A stretch of DNA of 64,000 nt, taken from NCBI GenBank assembly GCA_964444415.1, contig CAYUHE010000004.1:7321-71320 (forward strand). Direction: 5' to 3'. How positions within the stretch are numbered: the first letter of the stretch is position 1; the number at the start of each line of letters is the position of its first letter. Below, in pieces: positions 1 to 8,839 of this stretch. The position numbers and the translations under genes are program-made. Under the pieces are notes generated by a model. It searched no databases and was not told the DNA's origin. It saw nothing but the letters and a program-made list of their open reading frames with translations. The stretch is from an uncultured Gammaproteobacteria bacterium. Its GTDB lineage: Bacteria > Cyanobacteriota > Vampirovibrionia > Gastranaerophilales > CAJFVJ01.

Positions 1-1141
1 GAATAACTCTTGTTACAATATTCGTAACTTTATTTTGGAAAGCTACTGGCATTGTTTTAGTCCAGCTATTTAAATCAACGCCTGTGACTTTTAATATTTC
101 TTCTTCTTTTGTTTTTTTTCTTCCCAAGTTCCATTGTTTTTCAACAAACTGTATTTTTTGTCCGAGCCAAATTTTTAGAGGTTCTAGCTCATCTCTTTCC
201 CAAGTAAGACCATCTCTGTTTGTTGTAACAAAATCTTTTTCAAGTTCATCAATGTAATCGACATAAAAAATCCCAGTCATATAGTTATAAGCAAGAGAAG
301 AAGTAGCTTTAATTCCATAAAATTCATTTGGATTGACTAATTTCCCTCTGGCATATAAGAAAATCCCTCTTTGTTCTTCTTTTAAAGGCTTTTTAGTTGT
401 AATAATCTTTCCTGAAATATTATGTTCTTTTGTAAAACTATCATTTTCAACAGAGAAGTCCCAGCTTAACTGGCAATCAACATAGTCCCATTTTGTATCA
501 TTTTTTATGAATAGAGGATGTTCGGGGGGATTTGTAAGTATAATTGAAAAATCATCATCGGAAAATGCAAACCTTTTGGATAGGCTTTCTCTGATTTCGT
601 CTATATCAAAAGATTTAGTCCTTTTAATTTTACTTAAAGTTAGTTGAGTCCCTGAGTCTTCTTGAGTGGGTTCATTTTTGCAAATTACTTCAGGTTGATA
701 AGCTCCTGAGCTAGAAGTAAGAATTTTTTCAATGTTCATTATGAAAATATTTTTCAAGCCTGCTTTTATTGTTTGGATTTTTATTTCAGCAGCAATACCA
801 AATATAGCAAGTTTTCCTAAGCCTTTTCTCCCTGTAACTTTTCTTCCCTTGGGGCTTAAGTTACCATCTTTTTCATTTTTTCGTCTGTTTTTGCCTATAA
901 CTAAAAAACTATCCTTGATTTCTTCAAAGGACATCCCGTTTCCATTATCTGTAACTATGATTTGTTTTTCATTTTGATTATCAGAAAATCTAATATCTAC
1001 CCAGCTCGCATCAGCATCATAAGCATTTGATACCAGCTCTGCTAAAACTGGAGGAAGAGTCTTATACATTTGAATGCCAAGATGTTCAATTGTATTAAGG
1101 TCAAATTTTAATTCTAATTTTGAATTTTCAATTTCTTGCAT
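1..1141 (-). CDS. GHKL-superfamily ATPase (HATPase_c_3 / MORC-Hsp90-like ATP-binding protein); C-terminus runs off the window
   Basis: Own translation of the minus strand from ATG at 1141-1139: MQEIENSKLELKFDLNTIEHLGIQMYKTLPPVLAELVSNAYDADASWVDIRF..IIVTDNGNGMSFEEI..GRKGLGKLAIFG. This gives Bergerat-fold N box (ExxxNAxDA), G1 (DNGxGM) and G2 (GxxGxG). I translated 1141 down to about 600 with no stop; the remainder to base 1 is assumed open, which also explains its absence from the closed-ORF track. Confidence 0.75.
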   Translation of the reverse strand, partial: MQEIENSKLELKFDLNTIEHLGIQMYKTLPPVLAELVSNAYDADASWVDIRFSDNQNEKQIIVTDNGNGMSFEEIKDSFLVIGKNRRKNEKDGNLSPKGRKVTGRKGLGKLAIFGIAAEIKIQTIKAGLKNIFIMNIEKILTSSSGAYQPEVICKNEPTQEDSGTQLTLSKIKRTKSFDIDEIRESLSKRFAFSDDDFSIILTNPPEHPLFIKNDTKWDYVDCQLSWDFSVENDSFTKEHNISGKIITTKKPLKEEQRGIFLYARGKLVNPNEFYGIKATSSLAYNYMTGIFYVDYIDELEKDFVTTNRDGLTWERDELEPLKIWLGQKIQFVEKQWNLGRKKTKEEEILKVTGVDLNSWTKTMPVAFQNKVTNIVTRVI

Positions 1142-1214
1142 TTATTCCACATTTTATTTCAATGACTTTACAAGTGGATTATAACAAAATAATTTCTATA
1201 TTGATAGCTTTATA

Positions 1215-1223
1215 TGCTATAAT
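1215..1223 (+). promoter_or_regulatory. Candidate extended -10 promoter (TGcTATAAT) for the MmeI-SIR2-HerA block
   Basis: TGCTATAAT lies 33 nt upstream of the ATG at 1256. No good -35 element. Confidence 0.3.
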
Positions 1224-1255
1224 TCTTCATGAAATACGGTGTTTGCGAGTAAAAT

Positions 1256-3988
1256 ATGGCGTTAAGTTGGAATGAGATTAAGGATAGAGCTTTAAAGTTC
1301 TCGAAAGAGTTTGCGGATGCAACCAGAGAAAATGCGGAGACTCAAACCTTTTATAATGAGTTTTTTAATATCTTTGGGATTTCAAGAAGACGTGTAGCTT
1401 CTTTTGAAGAGCCTGTCAAAATGCTTGGAACTAGGAGAGGCAGAATAGACCTTTTTTGGAAGGGTGAACTGCTTGTAGAACAAAAATCCGAAGGAAGAGA
1501 CCTGAAAAAAGCTAAAGAACAAGCTTTGGACTACTTCCCCAATCTCAAAGAAGAAGAGCTTCCCAAATATATCCTAGTATCAGATTTTCAACATTTTGAA
1601 ATGTATGACCTCGATACAGGTGAAGTAAACAAATTCCTTTTGAAAGACTTACACAAAAACGTCAAATTATTCGCATTTATCGCAGGGTATAAAACCAAAA
1701 GCTACAAAGACGTAGAACCTGCAAGCATCAAAGCGGCTGAATTGATGGGTGAGCTATATGACCAACTAAGACTCTCTGGCTACCCTGAACATGATTTAGA
1801 GTTGTTTTTGACAAGAATTTTGTTTTGCCTTTTTGCAGATGATTCAGGTATTTGGGAAAAAGATATTTTGACCCAATATATTGAAGAAAGAACTGCTCCA
1901 GACGGCTCTGATTTGGGTTCTAAATTGACACATCTATTCCAAGTCCTGAATACTTCCAGAGAAAAACGCTCTGGCAATCTTGATGAGCATTTAGCTCGTT
2001 TCGAATATATTAACGGTTCATTGTTTAATAAGTCTGTTTTCATACCTGACTTTAACAGCGATATGCGAAAATCATTATTGAAGTGCTGTTACTACAATTG
2101 GTCAGATGTTTCGCCTGCAATTTTTGGTTCTTTGTTCCAATCTGTTTCTGACCCTGAAAAACGCAGAAACTTGGGTGAGCACTATACAAGCGAAAAAAAT
2201 ATTATGAAGCTCATAGAACCTTTGTTCCTTGATGAACTCAAAGAAGAATATGATAAGAGTAAACATAATGAGAAAAAGTTAAAAGAATTCCACCAAAAAC
2301 TTTCAACACTCAAATTTTTTGACCCTGCTTGTGGTTGTGGGAACTTTCTCGTAATAAGCTATAGAGAACTTCGAAAACTTGAAACTCTAGTCATTTTGGC
2401 TTTGGAAAAATTCAAAAAAGACTCAGGACAAATGAGAGTTGATGCAATGTCTTTATCTAAGGTTGATGTTGATAATTTTTATGGAATTGAAATTGAAGAA
2501 TTCCCTGCCAAAATTGCTGAAGTTGCAATGTGGATGACAGACCACTTGATGAACTTGGAGCTATCAGAGTCTTTGGGTCAGTTCTATTCTCGTATCCCTC
2601 TAAACAAATCAGCCAAAATAGTCAATGCAAACGCTTTAAGGATTGATTGGAAAGAAGCAGTTTCTCCTAATGAATTGACTTATATATTAGGTAATCCACC
2701 TTTTATAGGCAAATATATGCAAGGCGAAGAACAAACTGCTGACTTGATGAATGTTTTTTTGAATGTGAAAGGTGCAGGAGTTCTGGATTATGTAACTGCT
2801 TGGTATCTCAAAGCTGCCAAATACATCCAAAATACAAAAATAAAAGTTGCCTTTGTTTCTACAAACAGTATTTCGCAAGGTGAGCAAGTCGGAATATTAT
2901 GGAATGAGCTTTTTAGAATTTACGATATAAAAATCCACTTTGCACATAGAACCTTCAATTGGAGCAATGAGGCAAAAGGTAATGCTCATGTCCATTGTGT
3001 AATTATAGGATTTGCTAATTTTGATACTGACAAAAAATTACTTTTTGATTATGAAGATATAAAAGGCGATGCCCACGAAATTCAAGTCAAAAATATAAAC
3101 CCATATTTGGTTGATTATAATGACTTTGTAATAATGGCGAAATCTAATCCAATATGCAACGTAAATCCAATCATTGCTGGGGGAAAGCTTGTTGATGGCG
3201 GTCACTTAATTTTACATACTGAAGAAGAAAAGACCGATTTCATAAGCAGAGAGCCTGATTCTGAAAAATATATACATGAACTGGTTGGTGCTGAAGAATA
3301 TATAAACGGAGTAAAACGTTGGTGCTTATGGCTAAAAGGTGCTAACCCTCAAGATATTGCTAAAATGCCTTTGGTTATTGAAAGAATAAATAAAGTCAAA
3401 GAAATGAGGAAGAATAGCAAGAAAATAGCAACTCAAAAATTGGCAAATACCCCTTCCCTGTTTGCTGAAATAAAAAATATTGGAGAGAATTATTTATTAA
3501 TACCATTAACCTCTTCTGAAAACAGAAAATATATTCCTTTGGGATTTTTAGATAATAGTTATATTCCAACGAATAGTTGCTCCTTTATTCCTAATGCAAC
3601 TGCTTATGATTTTGGCGTTCTTACATCGGAAATGCATATGGTTTGGGTTAAATATACTTGTGGAAGATTAAAATCGGATTACAGATATTCAAATAGTATA
3701 GTTTATAATAATTACCCATTCCCAAAAGAAGTCTCTGACAGCAAAAAGAAAAAAGTGGAAGAAAAAGCACAAACAGTTTTGGATATCAGAGCCAAATACC
3801 CTGATTGTTCTTTGGCAGTCTTGTATAACCCTGAAACAATGCCACCAGATTTGATGAAAGCACATACAGAACTAGACAGAGCAGTCGATGTTTGCTATGG
3901 CAAAACATCTTTCAAGAACGAACGTGAACGCATAGAGTTCCTTTTTGCCCTGTATGAACAATACACAAAACCATTACTGAACCAGTAA
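1256..3988 (+). CDS. MmeI-family type IIL (IIG) restriction-modification enzyme: N-terminal PD-(D/E)xK nuclease fused to an N6-adenine methyltransferase and target-recognition domain
   Basis: 910 aa. The N-terminus MALSWNEIKDRALKFSKEF..RIDLFWKGELLVEQKSEGRDL matches the MmeI nuclease motif (D..ExK). SAM motif I is FFDPACGCGNFLV and motif IV is LGNPPFIGK. It looks colinear with MmeI along its whole length, judged from memory of that sequence. Confidence 0.9.
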   Translation: MALSWNEIKDRALKFSKEFADATRENAETQTFYNEFFNIFGISRRRVASFEEPVKMLGTRRGRIDLFWKGELLVEQKSEGRDLKKAKEQALDYFPNLKEEELPKYILVSDFQHFEMYDLDTGEVNKFLLKDLHKNVKLFAFIAGYKTKSYKDVEPASIKAAELMGELYDQLRLSGYPEHDLELFLTRILFCLFADDSGIWEKDILTQYIEERTAPDGSDLGSKLTHLFQVLNTSREKRSGNLDEHLARFEYINGSLFNKSVFIPDFNSDMRKSLLKCCYYNWSDVSPAIFGSLFQSVSDPEKRRNLGEHYTSEKNIMKLIEPLFLDELKEEYDKSKHNEKKLKEFHQKLSTLKFFDPACGCGNFLVISYRELRKLETLVILALEKFKKDSGQMRVDAMSLSKVDVDNFYGIEIEEFPAKIAEVAMWMTDHLMNLELSESLGQFYSRIPLNKSAKIVNANALRIDWKEAVSPNELTYILGNPPFIGKYMQGEEQTADLMNVFLNVKGAGVLDYVTAWYLKAAKYIQNTKIKVAFVSTNSISQGEQVGILWNELFRIYDIKIHFAHRTFNWSNEAKGNAHVHCVIIGFANFDTDKKLLFDYEDIKGDAHEIQVKNINPYLVDYNDFVIMAKSNPICNVNPIIAGGKLVDGGHLILHTEEEKTDFISREPDSEKYIHELVGAEEYINGVKRWCLWLKGANPQDIAKMPLVIERINKVKEMRKNSKKIATQKLANTPSLFAEIKNIGENYLLIPLTSSENRKYIPLGFLDNSYIPTNSCSFIPNATAYDFGVLTSEMHMVWVKYTCGRLKSDYRYSNSIVYNNYPFPKEVSDSKKKKVEEKAQTVLDIRAKYPDCSLAVLYNPETMPPDLMKAHTELDRAVDVCYGKTSFKNERERIEFLFALYEQYTKPLLNQ

Positions 3989-3997
3989 GGAAAAATA

Positions 3998-5095
3998 ATG
4001 CCACCTAAAGTAGAACAAAATTTTATAAATCTCACCCCTGAGCATATTATTCCAACGATTAAAACAGGTTTGAGTAATGTCGGGTTTTTGTTTGGAGCAG
4101 GCACTTCCCATGAAGCAGGCTTTCCTTTAACTTTAGGGCTTACAAAATCGGTTATAGAAAATCTTGATAATGCCAATGCTACTCATTTGCAATCAATTCT
4201 TGACGCAGAAAATAGAATCAACGGCACTAAAGATTCTCTAATTGAGGGAAAGTTTCCTGATATTGAAAGAATATTAAATCTTGTATTAGGACATAAATAT
4301 TCTACTACTGGGGATGAGCTTGAAAAATCTACAAAATTAGAAAAAGACATCAAAGATTCGATTGTTAAAGAATTAACGTCTATAAATAATCCTGACTTCA
4401 AAAATCATATAGAATTTCTATCAATAATTAAAAGAAAATATAATAATCAGCCAAAACCATTTTGGATTTTCACCACTAATTACGATATGCTTTTTGAAAC
4501 AGCAGCAATGTATCCAGAAATCTCTATAAGAAATGGTTTTGAAGGAATTGGGACAAGATATTTTAACCTTAATAAAATAGATGCGTCTCAAGGATTTCTT
4601 ACAGGACAACAATTTACTCCTTGCAAAGAATCATATTGTAATTTAATAAAATTACATGGTTCAGTTTCTTGGTACGAGCAAAAAGGGAAGGTATTTGAAA
4701 TCTTGGACAATAACAACCTTGATGAAGAATTTAACAGAGTTATGATACATCCGCAACAAACAAAAGTATCCGAGACTTATGCGATACCCTATCAAAATTT
4801 GTTTGATTATGCGAATAAGACATTAGGTAAAAATTGTAAATTTCTTGCGACCTGCGGATATAGTTTCAGAGATGAACATATTAATAATAGATTGCTTATT
4901 CCAAAACTAGAAAATGGCAGCCTTAGGATTGTAGCTATATTACAAACGTTACCAGATAATATAGCAGATTTTACAAAATATAACTGTTTCAACTATATTA
5001 CAGCAACAGAAGCACTTATAGATGGCACAAAATATCCGTTGGACAACTGTGATTTATGGAAATTTTCTAAATTTGTAGAATTCTTAAAAAGATAG
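3998..5095 (+). CDS. SIR2-like (SIR2_2 family) NADase component of a SIR2-HerA defence pair
   Basis: 365 aa with GFLFGAGTSHEAGFP (Rossmann Gly-rich loop), FTTNYDMLFE (catalytic Asn region) and IKLHGSVSW (catalytic His). Starts 9 bp after the MmeI-like stop. The RBS is AAGGAAAAATAATG. Confidence 0.85.
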   Translation: MPPKVEQNFINLTPEHIIPTIKTGLSNVGFLFGAGTSHEAGFPLTLGLTKSVIENLDNANATHLQSILDAENRINGTKDSLIEGKFPDIERILNLVLGHKYSTTGDELEKSTKLEKDIKDSIVKELTSINNPDFKNHIEFLSIIKRKYNNQPKPFWIFTTNYDMLFETAAMYPEISIRNGFEGIGTRYFNLNKIDASQGFLTGQQFTPCKESYCNLIKLHGSVSWYEQKGKVFEILDNNNLDEEFNRVMIHPQQTKVSETYAIPYQNLFDYANKTLGKNCKFLATCGYSFRDEHINNRLLIPKLENGSLRIVAILQTLPDNIADFTKYNCFNYITATEALIDGTKYPLDNCDLWKFSKFVEFLKR

Positions 5096-5107
5096 GAGAT
5101 ATTTACT

Positions 5108-6805
5108 ATGAGTACATATAAGATAGGTAAAGTTATTGGCGTTTGTGGCGAAAAACTAGAAATATCTCTTTTGCCTGAAGACCAAGATAAATCATTTGGC
5201 GTTCCTGAATGCATGAGTATTAATATTGATACTAAATTTGGTCCAAAACCATTATTGATTGGTCAACCTGGTACCTTTGTTAAGGTTGCAATTCCTAATG
5301 GAAATCTTCTATGTATGATAAGTGATATAAAAATGCAGGAAACAAACCCTTCTGCATTAGAGATTAAACAAGCCGCTGCTGATGATTCTTATATTTTAGA
5401 AACACCAAAAAGAATATTGATTGCATTACCATTTGGAACTATTTCAACAGATGAAAACTTTGAAAAAGGTACAGATATTTTCCCTACGGTAAATAGTGAT
5501 GTATTTGCCGTTTTACCAGAAACAATCGATAGAATCTATAGCAGTTATGCTGAAGGAATATTCAATCTTGGTAAGTTATCATTAGTCCCCGAGCAAGATG
5601 CCAAAATAAATCTAGATGCGTTTTTATCCAGACATGGTGCCATTTTAGGGCAAACTGGTAGCGGGAAGTCTTGGACTGTAGCTTCTTTTCTTCAAAAGAT
5701 TGCGGAACTAGAACAATCTACAATGGTATTATTTGACCTTCATGGTGAATATAAAAATGCTTTTGGTGATTATGCAGACTATATTGATGCTTCAGAAATT
5801 GAATTACCTTATTGGCTTATGAATAGTGAAGAATTATTGGATTTGATGGTGGATAGAGCAGAGTCAAGTGCTCCGAATCAAATAGCTGTTTTTCGAGACC
5901 TATTACAAAATGCCAAAAAAACACATCCTGAGAACATTGCATTAGATATTCCTGAAATCAATGTAGATACTCCTGTATATTTTGATTTTATGTCTATAAT
6001 AAATAAATTTGAATATTTAAATACAGAAATGGTTCAAGGTAAAACAAGCTTAAAGCAGGGCGATTTATATGGCAAATTTTCAAGATTGTTAATCAGGATA
6101 AAATCTAGGCTCGATGATGTTAGATATAATTTAATATTTAAACCTCAAACATATAATACATCTGCTTCAATGACAGATTTGTTTAGAAAAATTCTTGGTG
6201 AAGAAACCGTCCCTAAAAAATTAGTCATAATTGATATGAGTCCTATTCCATTTGATGTAAGAACATCCGTTATTTCATTGATAATGCGATGCCTTTTTGA
6301 TTTTTGCTATTGGCATAAAAAGTTATATGACAAATCTTATCCTATAGCGTTGTTTTGTGACGAAGCTCATATTTATTTGAAAGATAATGACCCTTCTTGT
6401 ACTTCAGCAAGAACTTCAGCTGAAAGAATTGCAAAAGAAGGTCGTAAATATGGTATCAGCCTTACTGTAATTAGTCAAAGACCAAGAGAGGTTTCAGCGA
6501 CAATACTATCTCAATGTAATACCTTTCTCTGTTTGCGAATTACAAACCCAGATGACCAATCATATGTAAAAAGGTTATTGCCTGATTCTGTTGCAGGTAT
6601 AGTAAATATGTTCTCTTCACTTAGAAGAGGTGAATGCATATTATTAGGCGATTCTGTAATAATGCCAACTCGAATTAAAATAGATAAACCAAATCCTCAG
6701 CCATCTAGTGAAGATACATCTTTTTATGAAGAATGGCAAAAATCTCATAGCGATATTGACGTGGGTAAAGTTCTGGATGCTTGGAGAAAACAATCTGTAC
6801 AATAA
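5108..6805 (+). CDS. herA: HerA-family (DUF87) hexameric ATPase, partner of the upstream SIR2
   Basis: 565 aa. Walker A LGQTGSGKSWTV, Walker B ALFCDEAHIYL, and the ISQRPREVSATILSQCNTFLCLRITNPDD motif typical of HerA/FtsK-like ATPases. There is a 12-bp gap after SIR2, and the RBS is TAGGAG. Confidence 0.88.
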   Translation: MSTYKIGKVIGVCGEKLEISLLPEDQDKSFGVPECMSINIDTKFGPKPLLIGQPGTFVKVAIPNGNLLCMISDIKMQETNPSALEIKQAAADDSYILETPKRILIALPFGTISTDENFEKGTDIFPTVNSDVFAVLPETIDRIYSSYAEGIFNLGKLSLVPEQDAKINLDAFLSRHGAILGQTGSGKSWTVASFLQKIAELEQSTMVLFDLHGEYKNAFGDYADYIDASEIELPYWLMNSEELLDLMVDRAESSAPNQIAVFRDLLQNAKKTHPENIALDIPEINVDTPVYFDFMSIINKFEYLNTEMVQGKTSLKQGDLYGKFSRLLIRIKSRLDDVRYNLIFKPQTYNTSASMTDLFRKILGEETVPKKLVIIDMSPIPFDVRTSVISLIMRCLFDFCYWHKKLYDKSYPIALFCDEAHIYLKDNDPSCTSARTSAERIAKEGRKYGISLTVISQRPREVSATILSQCNTFLCLRITNPDDQSYVKRLLPDSVAGIVNMFSSLRRGECILLGDSVIMPTRIKIDKPNPQPSSEDTSFYEEWQKSHSDIDVGKVLDAWRKQSVQ

Positions 6806-6930
6806 ATTTACAGGTTGAATTATTTTGGCAGTGTTTTCGCATAAGTATACCTTTACGCATAATGAAAAACGACACAAATTGATAGTCGTTAAAGTACTTA
6901 AAGATATTATGCGAATATTCGTAAATAATA

Positions 6931-6959
6931 TTGACTTTTGCGAATGCTTTTGATAATAT
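6931..6959 (+). promoter_or_regulatory. Sigma70-type promoter TTGACT-17-TAATAT for the recombinase gene
   Basis: TTGACT (6931-6936), a 17-nt spacer, then TAATAT (6954-6959). It lies inside the ORF-track extension 6938-6988, which argues for the downstream start. Confidence 0.45.
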
Positions 6960-6988
6960 TCATTAAGTTACCAATGAAAGAACTTATT

Positions 6989-7585
6989 ATGAATACTAAA
7001 ACTTTTGGCTATTGCAGAGTTTCAACTTCTGAACAAAATGAAGATAGGCAAATAGAAGCGTTGAAAGAACTTGGAATCAATGAAAGAGATATTTTTATTG
7101 ATAAATGCAGTGGCAAAGATTTTGTAAGACCTCAGTATCAAGCTTTAAAAACACAATTGAGGGCAGGAGATGTTTTAATTATCAAATCGATTGACCGCTT
7201 GGGTAGAAATTATAAACAAATATGTGAAGAATGGCGTGAAATAACAACTGAAATCAAAGCAAATATTAGAGTGCTAGATATGCCTATGCTGGATACTACG
7301 AAAACAGAAGGTTTAATAGGTCAAGTTATCTCAGATATAGTTTTGCAGTTATTAGGCTATGTTGCGGAGCAAGAAAGAGCTTTTATTAGGCAAAGACAAG
7401 CGGAAGGTATAAAGATAGCCAAAGAAAAGGGCAAAAGACTTGGTAAGCCCCCTATTCAATATCCTGATAATTGGAATGAAGTTTATAAGATTTGGGCAAA
7501 AGAAGAAATTACAGCTAGAGAAGCTATGAAGAGGCTGAATCTAAAACCAACATCTTTTTATAAATTGGCGAAGAACTACAAATAA
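6989..7585 (+). CDS. Small serine recombinase (resolvase/invertase family) with C-terminal HTH
   Basis: MNTKTFGYCRVSTSEQNEDRQ (catalytic Ser motif), IIKSIDRLGRN, QRQAEGI, and a C-terminal HTH (ITAREAMKRLNLKPTSFYKL). The start is moved from 6938 to 6989 because of the promoter position and the usual family N-terminus. Confidence 0.88.
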   Translation: MNTKTFGYCRVSTSEQNEDRQIEALKELGINERDIFIDKCSGKDFVRPQYQALKTQLRAGDVLIIKSIDRLGRNYKQICEEWREITTEIKANIRVLDMPMLDTTKTEGLIGQVISDIVLQLLGYVAEQERAFIRQRQAEGIKIAKEKGKRLGKPPIQYPDNWNEVYKIWAKEEITAREAMKRLNLKPTSFYKLAKNYK

Positions 7586-7610
7586 TTATCCTGCTTATTT
7601 AACTATGGCT

Positions 7611-7656
7611 TCTTGTAAATTCTTTTTAATGTAGTAGCAACTTTTTACCTGTTTGG
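7611..7656 (+). repeat. 46-bp direct repeat, copy 1 (TCTTGTAAATTCTTTTTAATGTAGTAGCAACTTTTTACCTGTTTGG)
   Basis: 44/46 identical to 8494-8539. Begins 26 bp after the recombinase stop. Confidence 0.85.
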
Positions 7657-7698
7657 TAAACTCATCTTACTCAGCTTGCCACAAGGCGAGTTATTTTG

Positions 7699-8349
7699 TT
7701 AGCTCTTCTTTTCTTCTTTACGTTTTTTTTCTGCTTCTAGGTAAATATCAAGTTGTTCAGGAAGTTGGACGATTTTTTTATGTAAGTCTTCAGTAAATTT
7801 TTGTTCTTTATCATATTTTTCGAGTAATTCTACAAATGTTTGAACAGAATTAGAAGAGCAATATTTTTGTAAATCTTCTTCACTAATAAGCGAGATAATG
7901 GAGTCAAAATCTTTTGAGGTCAATAGATTTGGAAGTTTAGAGGGGTCTTCTTGGTAAAAACTTCCATCTTCCTTATAAACTTTGAATGAGCTTATATTAC
8001 CGCTATCATCATTTGTTATGACACAGCCATAGGGGTATTTTGCACCCAAGTAATCACCTAGCATGGTATTATAATCTGATTTCATTTGCATTTCAGCTGT
8101 TTCTTGTAATCTTTCTAGTGGCGTCTGAGTTTCAATTCCACCAATAAGACCAAAAACAGAAGGGCTTTGCATCATAATATTTTCTTGTGAAGATTTTTGA
8201 ATAGAATCCGCGATATTAATTGATTCTGTTTGATATTTTTCCAACTTACATTTAAGTGTTTTTTCAAAATCAGATTGTAAAGTGCTAAAATCTTTTGTTT
8301 CTGTATTTGGCAAAATATTATTTTGAATTTGTGTAATTTCCGCAACCAT
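7699..8349 (-). CDS. Hypothetical acidic cytoplasmic protein (orphan)
   Basis: 216-aa ORF with protein-like composition and no recognisable motif. It is enclosed by the two 46-bp direct repeats. Confidence 0.6.
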   Translation of the reverse strand: MVAEITQIQNNILPNTETKDFSTLQSDFEKTLKCKLEKYQTESINIADSIQKSSQENIMMQSPSVFGLIGGIETQTPLERLQETAEMQMKSDYNTMLGDYLGAKYPYGCVITNDDSGNISSFKVYKEDGSFYQEDPSKLPNLLTSKDFDSIISLISEEDLQKYCSSNSVQTFVELLEKYDKEQKFTEDLHKKIVQLPEQLDIYLEAEKKRKEEKKS

Positions 8350-8493
8350 ATTTTATTCCCCCACCTATATTCCAAAGTTACTGATATGATACCAATATAA
8401 TTTTCACTTTTCACCCTCTATTTAATGGACTGCTTAACTAGCGTATTTAACTCTGGATGGTTATTGATGCTACAGATTAGGTTGTATTTGTCA

Positions 8494-8539
8494 TCTTGTA
8501 AATTCTTTTTAACGTAGTAGCAACTTTTTACTTGTTTGG
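8494..8539 (+). repeat. 46-bp direct repeat, copy 2
   Basis: TCTTGTAAATTCTTTTTAACGTAGTAGCAACTTTTTACTTGTTTGG. It lies 40 bp upstream of the ATG at 8579. Confidence 0.85.
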
Positions 8540-8578
8540 GTTTAAAATAGTCATAAGTCATCAGATAAGGACAAAATT

Positions 8579-8824
8579 ATGCTAGTAAGTTTTAATTCAA
8601 TGATTTCAAATAATACGCAACAAAAAACAAATTTTGGTAATATCCGTACAGCTGGCGATACCAAAGATGCACTTATGTTCGCACTAGCGGCAAAAGACCC
8701 TGCTAAAAAATTGACAACAGAACAAGCTATAAAAAAAATTAATGAAGCAATAGAAAAAGAAGATTCTATTGGTAAAAAAATATTAGAAAATTTTAAGAAT
8801 GCTTTGCTAGGCAAGAATAAATAA
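8579..8824 (+). CDS. Hypothetical small protein (81 aa)
   Basis: AAGGA lies 8 nt upstream of the ATG and the composition is balanced and hydrophilic. Preferred over the overlapping antisense ORF 8551-8883. Confidence 0.4.
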   Translation: MLVSFNSMISNNTQQKTNFGNIRTAGDTKDALMFALAAKDPAKKLTTEQAIKKINEAIEKEDSIGKKILENFKNALLGKNK

Positions 8825-8839
8825 TACCTTGAAATATAT

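Noticed and set aside
732-977. Plus-strand 81-aa ORF. The same applies to many similar track ORFs, for example 1780-2043, 32693-33118, 42356-42808, 45172-45621 and 43407-43760.
   Set aside because: They lie antisense or out of frame inside long motif-supported genes, and their translations are hydrophobic and low-complexity, as expected from AT-rich antisense strands.
6938-6988. Upstream 17-codon extension of the serine recombinase ORF (MRMLLIIFIKLPMKELI..).
   Set aside because: The extension overlaps a near-consensus TTGACT-17-TAATAT promoter, and the family N-terminus normally starts a few residues before G-Y-x-R-V-S-T.
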